A model generated the notes under the pieces. The model was given only the letters and a program-made list of their open reading frames with translations. It did no database searches and was not told where the DNA came from. From positions 17,722,209-17,771,361 of the forward strand of contig NC_068981.1 in the NCBI RefSeq assembly GCF_001194135.2: a stretch of DNA of 49,153 nucleotides, read 5' to 3'. The position numbers and the translations under genes are program-made. Shown here in pieces: positions 14,216 to 25,300 of this stretch (its first letter is position 1; each line of letters opens with the position of its first letter). The DNA comes from Octopus bimaculoides (taxonomy: Eukaryota).

Positions 14216-15295
14216 GCTCCTTTATATATATATATATATACATCATGCTAAATCAAGTATGATAACCATAATTTTTTATTGAGTTATAGGCAGTGCCTTC
14301 TTGGGTTTGGTTGATTATATTGACTCCAAAATTTTTAATTCACCTCAGAAAGAGAAAGATGAACACATGGGGAAATATTCTCACAGCATAAAAAGACATA
14401 ACCAAGTACCAGAAGTTGTTTAATCTGATACTCTACTGACTCTGTCATCTAGCCATTTTTGTCCTACCTTTATGACAAAATTGGCAGAGCATTGAACTAA
14501 ATGTCACATAGTTTTTAGTTACACCTTGTTACAGCTTCTTGGTCATCAATAAAATGGATCAATCTAGGGCATAGGATTAACAGAACTCTAATAATGTTGG
14601 ATCAGATGCCTTGTGGTATTTGTTCTGGTTCTTTGCATTTTTAGTTTAAATACCACCATGGCCTACTTGGGTGGTAGACTTAATCCGTTGCCTGGTTTAA
14701 CATACCGCCTGGTACCTTGGGGGAGCCTTTAGAGGAATCCACACCATCGTAAGCATTCAGATCAAATCTTCCGTTTGAAGATACCATCCTCTCTCCCACA
14801 GTTTTGTGATGTCTGAGATGAGTTGTTAATAAGATTATAATTTTTTGAGCTATTAATCCTTTTGATCCCACCCTGCTTGAAATGCCTCTGGTTCTATGAT
14901 ACAAAACCACCCATGTTAAAGTGTTTGTATTTAATTTAAATATTCCATTGTAATTTTTACGTAATATACTTTTATATTCTAAACAAACACCAGCTTAATG
15001 ACAACAATACTTTACTAAAATATTTTGATTATTTTCAAAATAAATTGAAGTTTATTCTTATTAGAAATATGGTTACAAAAAGATTGATCTCATCTTTAGA
15101 GATATAAAAGTTTCTATATTTAAACCTGTAAATGTAGGCACATGCATGGCTGTCTGGTAAAAAATTTGCTTCCCAACCACATGGTTCTGGGTTCAGTTCC
15201 ACTGCGTGTCACCATGGGCAAGTGTCTTCTACTACAGCCTCAAGTCAACCAAAGTTTATGAGTGGATTTGGTAGGTGGAAACTGAAAGAAGCCTG

Positions 15296-15336
<41 letters not shown>

Positions 15337-15342
15337 CACACA

Positions 15343-15399
<57 letters not shown>

Positions 15400-18379
15400 T
15401 ATATAATAATAATAATATATAACATCTGCTTTCCATGCTGGCATGGGTTGGACGGTTTGGTGGCGACCCCTGTTGTACTCTTTCACCCCAACTTTCTCTC
15501 ACTCTTTCTTCCTGCTTCTTGAGTAACACTGCGATGGACTGGTGTCCTGTCCAGCTGGGGAGGAACGCCTATGCCATAGAAACTGGGAAACCAGGCCCAT
15601 GAGCCTGGCTAGGCTTTGAAAGAGCACATAAATAAATAAAATAAAATACATTTATACACACACATGTCCTTGTGATGCATATGGATGAGGACAGTTGTGT
15701 AAAGAAGTGCTGATCTCTAACTGTGGAAGGAACCTGTGGAAGAGGTTGCAATTTAATTTTATACATCCAGACAAGCATGCATACTTGCTTCATGTCTTTC
15801 TAGCCTTCAGATATATTTTGCATTCAATACTTCACACTTTGTATACAAACATCATACAATCAGCCCTTCACTTAGAGAGAGAATCCATTTGTAACTAGTA
15901 GAGTTAAAGGCTCCATCAACATTTTTTTTCCAACATGTTCCTAATCTAACTATGCTTTTCAAACACTGAACTTCACTGCTAATTACATCACCTAGATAAC
16001 AAGAGCCATAAATTAATTCTAAGGAGTCTTCTAAGTATTTGAAAGAACTTATTTCATGGGTACTCTGACTGTTAACTACACCTGTACACCTGCTACACAT
16101 GAAATCTTTCTCCTGGGTTATCTGCCCATTGATTCCACTGAATCTTTTCTATGCTGTTTACATTTGGTACACAGTACAAAGTTACTAGAACTCCCTTTCT
16201 ACATTCAGAGTATGACCAGCTCTTTGACGTTAGCTTTATATATCTATACATATGTAAATGTGTGTGTGTGTGTGTGAGTGTCATACATGCATGCATGCAT
16301 GCATACATGTCATCACATCATTATTTCAAAATAATTTTATTTAATGTAGACATAAAAGATTACATCATAACAAACAATCTACCATTATCAGGTAAAAATC
16401 TTAGCTGTTTAAAATTTTACCTGATCATGGTGGATTGTATGTTATGATGTAATCTTTTCTGTCTACATTAAATGAAATTCTGCTGAAACAGCTCTTGTAA
16501 ATTTTAAACACCAATTTTGTTTGCACCACATCAAGGTAAGTCACATTGATGGCTACAAACTGGATTGGTACATGCCTATCTATGTGTTTGTACCTAGCCA
16601 TTTTCTGGTGTCTTACATGGTGTGCCTTGATTCTTAAGGAATCCTTTTAACTAATTCACACACACACACGTTTGGTCTCATACACTGAAAATAAGGAACC
16701 TGCAAAAAATCTTGAATTATTTAAGATTATTATATTGTCTGAGACACTCTTTGACATAAAAACTTCAAGTGTTATTATTTTGTCTTTATTGTGAGAGATT
16801 CTTAATTGTTAAAATATGAGTCATTCATTATGATTTGGCTGCCACAGTGAAAAGGTTGAGATGTTATATACAGACACACTCTTGCTGGCTGACATTAAGA
16901 ACAACAAAGGGACTGGTTAGTGAGGAATTGTGCTTTGGAGGATAAAATAGGCTGAGATTCTAAAAATAATGATACATAATGACTAAGAAAAATGCGAGAG
17001 ACAAGTTAATCTGAGGATCCAATAATAGATGTGACAGAGAAACAGAGGGGGTGTAAATTACTAAAAGCATTGTAAAGTGTGGAGGGTGGTTGAGGCATTC
17101 TCTGAAAGTTTAACTGAAGATATCCAGGCCTAACTCAGGAATATTTTAGTTCAGGCATGGCTGCGTGGTTAAAAAGGTTGCTTTGCAACCACGTAGTTTA
17201 GAGGGTTCAGTCCTACTGTGAGACACACTGAGCATCTTCTACTGCAGCCCTGGGCCAAATGCCATATGAGTGAATTGAGAAGATGGAAACTGTGAGGAAG
17301 TCCATTGTATATATATATATATATATATNNNNNNNNNNNNNNTGATGATGATCACGTGAAAAGACATTCAAGCGAAGTCGTTGCCAGTGCCCCTGGACTG
17401 GCTCTTGTGCGGGTGGCACATAAAATACACCATTTTGAGCTTGGCTGTTGCCAGTACCGCCTGACTGGCCTTCGTGTGGGTGACACGTAAAAGCACCCAC
17501 TACACTCTCTGAGTGGTTGGCGTTAGGAAGGGCATCCAGCCGTAGAAACTCTGCCAAATCAGATTGGAGCCTGGTGTAGCCATCTGGTTTCACCAGTCCT
17601 CGGTCAAATCGTCCAACCCATGCTAGCATGGAAAGCGGACGTTAAACGACGATGATGATGATGATCACGTGAAAAGACATTCAAGCGAAGTCGTTGCCAG
17701 TGCCGCTGGACTGGCTCCTGTGCAGGTGGCACGTAAAATACACCATTTTGAGTATGGCCGTTGCCAGTACCACCTTACTGGCCTTCATGCCGGTGGCATG
17801 TAAAAGGCACCCATTACACTCTCGGAGTGGTTAGCGTTAGGAAGGGCATCCAGCTGTAGAAACTCTGCCAGATCAGATTGGAGCCTGGTGCAGCCTTCTG
17901 GTTTGCCAGTCCTNNNNNNNNNNGATTGGAGCCTGGTGCAGCCTTCTGGTTTGCCAGTCCTCAGTCAAATTGTCCAACCCATGCTAGCATGGAAAGCGGA
18001 CGTTAAACGATGATGATGACGATGATGAATGTACATGTGTATATGTGATTGTGTTTTTGTTTGTCTCACACACATGCACACTGCTTGACAACTGGTGTAA
18101 GTTTGTTTATGTCGCCATAACTTAGTGGTTTGACAAAAGGTACCAATAGAATAATATCAAACTTAGTAAAATAAGTGATGGGGTCAGTCTTCCAGCATGG
18201 GCACAGTCCAATGGCTGAAACAGGTGATCCAGTCATGCAAAGCTGTTAGAGCTGAAGAAAAAGGACAGATTACTGGAGGGAGGGGGTGCTTCCCTTGAAT
18301 GTGGAAACTTTACAGAATATAGAAACAACAACAGCTATCTGTTCCCAAAATATCAGCAAAGTTGGCCAGTGGAACCCCT

Positions 18380-18416
<37 letters not shown>

Positions 18417-18565
18417 CTCTCTTAACCCAGCAAATAACTGAAGCTACACAACATTCAGGAGACTGTAGACACATTGCCAAGCACAAGTACTACACAAACA
18501 CACACACACAGAGCCAGAGATAACATATACACCTACAATCCACACAGCTATCTGCAAATAATAAT

Positions 18566-18635
<70 letters not shown>

Positions 18636-21600
18636 ATGATGATGATGATGATAATATAGCCCTATTATTGTTACAATACATACACACTACCTAAAATGCA
18701 AGAAAAAAAAAATGGCTAAGATGCTGATGCTGGAAACGACAATGGTGACGGAGTTGGTATCAGAAGTGCCTGCAGTGGTGGTGGTGGTGTTGGTGTTGGT
18801 GACAGCTGTGGTGGTGGTGGTGGTGGTGGTGGTGGTAGTGGTGGTGGCTGTGGTAGCTGTCGTCTAAGTCTGGTGTGTTGAGCAAGATGGTAGCAACTGT
18901 CCCTGATTACACTGTGTATGCACTGCATAATGCAAAGCTAATGCAATGCAACTAACAATGCAAAACAGACACAGTCAAAAGCAGCCACATTCGACATTAG
19001 GAGACACGGATTGAAGCTGGTGACGTCAGGAAACAGCTTTCCCAGCAGGACGCAGGACGGTAGACAGATACAGGGTGCAGGGAAACAACAATAAACAATA
19101 CAGCACATCTGATGGGGTTGCAACTGCAGCTGCACATACTTTGAATACAATGACTCTTGTGATAGCTGTTTCTGCTCTGGCAGTGAAAGGCTTTCATGAC
19201 ATAGACATCTACACACATGCACATATTGCATACAAACATGTGCACACACACACACACACAAACAATAGTTTATTTTTTTTTAACTTTGGGCTATTTCATT
19301 TTACAGTATTTTTTCTTTCAAAATTTAAATACCTTGGGAAAGAAATGTTTGTTTGTTGAGACAGTTTACACCTCTCACATGCAATGTTTTCTTCATAGAT
19401 CGTCATTTAAAAAGGGAAAAAAAAAACTTGTTCTTTCTCTCAAAGAAACCTAACTACCGTTGAAGTAAGGCTTAAAAAGGAATTAACAAACGTTATTAAC
19501 CGGAATATAATACCAGAGTTGAAGAAAGGCCCAGGAGGGGAATTAACAAATGTTATTCACAGGAATGTGACACAAGTGAATTCAAAGACCCAGTCTTTGC
19601 TGATACAATAATGATGATGAAAATAATAATGGTTTCAAATTTTAGTACAAGGCCGGCCATTTTTGAACGAGAGGGTTTGTCAGCTACATCAATCCCAGTA
19701 CTTCGCTGGTACTTTATTTTATCACTCCCGAAAGACTGAAAGGCCAAGTTGACCTTGGTGGTATACAAAGACATGGAGGGTGGAATTATAGTTGATTTTA
19801 ACTGACTGCAGGACTCTACTTTTCGTATAAATTTAGTATAAAACAAACTGTTTAGGAATCGCTTCTTAAGAATGAAAATGATACATGCTTGCATCTAAAT
19901 ATGATTTATTTCAGTGATTCATATAAATTTGCTTATATAGCATATTAAGGATGTGTTGTAATGGCATCCAATGCTATTTGCAAGCAGTTGCTAAGTTTTT
20001 ACTTATTTCTTTTATTTATAATTTCATCAATCCAAAGTGATTGGAATTAATGTTACTAAACATTTCAATCTATTTTTATCTGTTATTTTTAAAACTCACT
20101 AATTTATACAGTTTTTATTCATATTCTCTAACTTTTACTTTATCATATACCAAAAATATTTTGTTATTGATATATCTAATGATACACATAAAAGAATTGT
20201 AACGACCTTTTAAAAAATCAGTTTAAACATAACATCGATAATAAAGAAACATAACCTTCTTGTGTAGTAAGCTACCTGCAGCTGTTATTGGCATGTAAAA
20301 TATATGTATATTTGTATGGTGCAGTAAACATAAGTGACATATTATAGTGTGAGTTGAATTAAATAAAAGTAAAAACTACAGCTTACTTTAATAACATCAC
20401 TATGATCAGAACTCTTTTCAAATTTAAGACTTTCGCGGAGTAAACGGCCAGCATGATCACACTGACGTAGTATACTGGAGTCTGAAATATTCTGAGTACT
20501 GGACAGGAATCGGCGCCGAGCTTTATAGGCAAAGAAGACAGCTTTGGGCAGTGGATCACTGTTAAAATGATGTGAGATAGAATAAAACAATCAAGGATAA
20601 AAACTGATGAAGCGATTAAAGTAAAAACAGATTATCAGGATTTTAGATTAAAATACATTAAAAATTTCATAAAGAACTGTAAAAAGAAGGAAAAATTAAA
20701 CATGTATCAAAATTTTGATTAAAATCTTTAGAATATGTTTAAAATACAAAAATTGCTTATTCCGTTTCTCCAAATTATCTTTTAATATTTTCTAAAACAC
20801 AACAACATTTTGAAATAAAGGATTCATCAACATTTATCAACCCTGTTTTTTTTTTGTTTTTTTTTTAATCAATCTAATAAAGTTACAAGAAAAACAAAAG
20901 TACTATAACAAAGTAAATGTAATTACAATGTGAGGAAAGAAAAACATACTATATTTGAGAACATAAAAGATGCACACCAATTTCAGCAGTATATATTCAG
21001 GGAAAAAAAAGTTTCAGTATATTAAAGCTTATGGGAGACCCAACTTTGCATATAGGACCCAGAGTGATTTTCTNNNNNNNNNNTGGCAATGGTACTTGTC
21101 ACAAAAAGAGGACAAAGATGAGAAAAGGGTAAATAATGTTAGGGAGGGGTGGGGGGGAGATATTGAAGTCAGTGGAACAACATTTTTTTGTTAAGCAACT
21201 ACAACTGTCCAAAATGCGGAATTCTCCTCTTCTTTCCTTATTGTATAATTATATTAACGTTGTACTTTTGTTCATTGGTCTTGTTTTTTTTTTTCTTGTT
21301 TTTTTTTGCTTTGTCTTTTTTCAAGATTCTAGGTGAATATTCCACTACCAAACAAACACAGACTATTAGGATTACTGCTGGATTTTTATTATTATATTTC
21401 ACTCAACTATTTTATGTCCATATTTCTATACAAAGACGACTCGACAAGTCTGCAACTGTTACGTTTCCATTAGTCTTCTTCTCGCATCATTTTGTCTATG
21501 ATGAACAACCTTCACGCTTGGTATTACCAACATGCGCCAACTGAACACATTTTATCACTAGTTTACCAACCTGTACACTTACTAATGATATTTTTAGACA

Positions 21601-22319
21601 GCAGGAATAATCCAATATCAAGTGATGAAAACTTAGTATTCGATATTAAGGTGTTTGTCAAATATTAGGTCAGTCAGTTCAGAAGAATCTTCTAATGCAC
21701 ATAATGGTATCCCAAGTCAAAAAGGGATTCTCTGTGCAGTCAACCTGCAAGAGATAGCAGCTGAATCTTCCTCAAGTCACACCTTGTTTTATATGAAGTA
21801 TACAATAAGTAATTTAGTACTGAAGTGCTCCTGTCCAGAATGCATTTGATCATTGCACTGGTGTGCTTGTTTACAGGTTACCTAGGGCCAAACAACAGTT
21901 CTGTTATTATCCAGCTGTTACAGATATGACCGTTGGTGACCTAATCTCGCAGTGTAGAAAAATAGACATCATTAAGGAAGTAATTTGCAGTCCTTTGGAG
22001 TTTCCAAGTGACCAACCATACAAAAATGCTGATAATGACAGCTGATGAGAGACAGCAGTTATGGGAAAATGGTGTTGAACTACTGACTACAAAGTCACAG
22101 GTTCAAACATTACTGCAAAATACATTGTATCAGTGATCCAGACTGAAACTGGCTACCACATTATTTGAACAGTTAACAACAAAAAGAAAACAAAATGTGA
22201 ACATCCATGTTGGGAAGAAAAGAGTCGGAAAATAAATTACATAAATTTTAATACAGCACAACTACTTCATGTACTTACAAGTTTGAGACTAACATATATT
22301 TGAAGAGGAAACACAACAT

Positions 22320-22363
<44 letters not shown>

Positions 22364-25300
22364 ACTGCTGTTGCTATTGTTGTTATTGTCATCATCATCA
22401 TCAACAGCATGATCATTTACTACAACAGATATATACAGAAATGCTCTAAAAACATCATTCATAGGCGTAAGAGTGGCTGTGTGGTAAGTAGCTTGCTTAC
22501 GAACCACATGGTTCTGGGTTTAGTCCCACTGCGTGGCACCCTGGGCAAGTGTCTTCTACTATAGCCTCGGGCCGACCAAAGCCTTGTGAGTGGATTTGGT
22601 AGACGGAAACTGAAAGAAGCCCGTCGTATATATGTATGTATGTGTGTGTGTGTGTGTGTGTGTATGCTTGTGCATCTGTGTTTGTCGCCCCAACATCATT
22701 TGACAACCGATGCTGGTGTGTTTACGTCCCTGTAACTTAGCGGTTCGGCAAAAGAGACCGATAGAATAAGTACTAGGCTTACAAAGAATAAGTCCCGGGG
22801 TCGATTTGCTCGACTAAAGGCGGTGCTCCAGCATGGCCACAGTCAAATGACTGAAACAAGTAAAAGAGTGAAAGAGTAAACAAAAGAGTAAGAGAGTTAA
22901 TTCATACCTTGCACCAATAAACTTCTTGGGGAAAACATCAAGAAGATGAAAGTTGCGTTCTGCATTTCCATAATCACCAGTGAACCAGTAAGTAGCCACA
23001 TTGACAATAGCTGACCACCACCGAGCAATTTCATCAACATCCAACACAGAAGGAACCACTGACAAGAAAGCAAAAGATGTTTTATTTAACCCTATGGCAT
23101 TCAGATTACTCTGTCAAATGCAATGCTTATTTATTCACATTGTTTCGAATCAATCCTACATTATCTTACAGCTTCAAGATTTTGATGATGTGATTGTTTA
23201 TCTTTTAGAATGACGTTGCAGGGTAAGTGTGAAAGGCTGGATCTGGTTGGTTTGAATATAAAAACAAAATGGTAGGACATCTGGCCTCACTCTATATAAC
23301 TTGGTGATGACAGTAAGTCAAAAAGACTATATCATATATAAGACATTGATTAATGATGACATTTGTGCTGACAGGCTCTTTTATAATTAGGACCTTTGGG
23401 TGGATTAATAATGATAATTGTTTCTGGACCACTTCACTATACACCTAACTTACTCTAGGAGGTTAGTTATATAATGATGTTGAAATATGTAACAGGGACA
23501 AAAACAGGTGTCTTGCCGTAGGAGAGAGACATGGTTGTGCCAGTTAGATAAGAGATACCAAAAAAAAAAAAAAAATACAAAAGGTTCCTTTGATTTTTTT
23601 TTTTTTTCAATAAGTCAAATAGATTCTATTTCAACACAACGATGTAATCTTCACAAATGTTGAATATCAACCTTAAAACACATTTACTATAGAGGAGAAA
23701 AAAACAGTGAGTTACATCAGCAAGAAGCACTTTCCATTTGTTCAAAGAAGTAAGCAAAAACTCATTTTACTACTACTACATCATTATTATCATCATCATT
23801 GTCATCATCATCATCATCATCATTTAACATTTCTTTTTCCATGCTGGCATGGACTGAATGGTTTGGCAGGAGTTGGCAAGCAGGAGAGCTGCACCAGGCT
23901 CAAATTGTCTGTTTTGGCATCGTTTCTACAGCTGGATGCCCTCCCTAATGCCAACTACTTTACAGAATATACTTGGTACATTTTACATGGTACCAGAAAG
24001 GGTGCTTTTTCACATGACATCAGCATAGGTGCTTTTTACATGGCACCAGCAGCAAAACTTCAATAATGTTCTAGAAACCAGCACTAAGTCTTCCACTCAC
24101 TGAAACATAAAGAAAACATTCCCCTACCTTGGTTTGGCAGTTTCACAGACTCTTGAATGAGTATTGTTGATTCTTTTGACTGTAAACAGGAACAATCTGC
24201 CAATAACTGTGTGTACTGTGTCACCTCACTGATAAAACTAGTTCTGAAAATACAACCAAAACAATAGCTACAACTTTGGAGTTTCTTAACAGCAATATTT
24301 CATATAAAAACATGCGGAGTGGAGAGAACTAAATGTTTTACTTTTAAATATCTTATAACTTTCAAACATTGTATAGTCAGAATAATTCAACATTTTTCTT
24401 CATTTTCCAAAGCAAACCGGTTAGAATGCTACCTATCATAGGTCTACTCAGCCAGAGCTGATCTGGGGATAAACAAAATCAACAAAAAGGCAAGACAAGT
24501 AGGGTCTTCAAAAACACCAGAAGATATCTTATAACAAAAATAATTTAAATGAAGGTCAAATTTTAAGCAAAACTGTTTTAATCAAACTATCTTGTCACTC
24601 TTACGCAGTGGTTCTCAACCATTTTTTTTTCACCTAGGGACCCCTTTGATTAAATATTTTATTCTCGTGGACACCCATAGCGATTCAATGTTTAAAACTA
24701 GTTTTATACATACTCCTTTCAAAATTCCTATTTTGTTTTTCACACATTAACTTGTGTAAGTTGAGCTATGTAAAATGTTAGAGAGAGAAATCTAGTCGTT
24801 TCATGCAATAAAGACATCTAAATCAAAGTATTTCATGGACCCTTAGAATACTACTTGTGGGTCCTCGATTTACTATTTTGTTAGCATGCCCAATTGAGAA
24901 ACACTGTTCTAATTAGTACCAACATCTGGATGCCGTCGTCGTTTAACATCCGCTTTCCATGCTAGCATGGGTTGGACGATTTGACTGAGGACTGGTGAAA
25001 CTGGATGGCAACACCAGGCTCCAATCTGATTTGGCAGAGTTTCTACAGCTGGAAGCCCTTCCTAATGCCAACCACTCTGAGAGTGTAGTGGGTGCTTTTA
25101 CGTGCCACCGGCACGAAGGCCAGTCAGGCGGTACTGGCAACGGCCACACTCAAAATGGTGTATTTTACGTGCCACCTGCACGGGAGCCAGTTCGGCGGCA
25201 CTGGTAAGTGTTGTAACATTTACGTAGACATTTCTCTTTATTATCCCTCAATAATAGACTGATACTCCTTTCAGAAGAGCATTTCTAATGAAATACACAG

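Noticed and set aside
14013-15529. ORF-track peptides rich in YI, CV, HT, MM or HH
   Set aside because: These are translations of TA, TG, CA and GAT microsatellites. The same applies to ORFs at 955, 18474, 28397, 30771, 33387, 33432, 35668 and 36330.
17870-17960. Tandem duplications flanking short N runs (also 48790-48880)
   Set aside because: Identical sequence on both sides of a 10-N spacer is typical of unmerged contig overlaps.
18690-18865. Thr-rich alternative exon ending in a hydrophobic stretch (or Pro/His/Val-rich ORFs)
   Set aside because: It derives from a (CAC)n/(GGT)n tract, has a weak acceptor, and its candidate donor phase does not fit the phase-0 intron. No homology support.
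21655-22045. Protein-coding ORFs on the plus strand
   Set aside because: Short, antisense to SREBP, surrounded by stops, and with no recognisable motif. A piggyBac-like DKMCSV resemblance on the minus strand was too weak to call.
22040-22075. Hammerhead ribozymes at CUGAUGA motifs (20606, 22044, 25476)
   Set aside because: None has a stem II closing onto GAAA or a plausible stem III and cleavage triplet.
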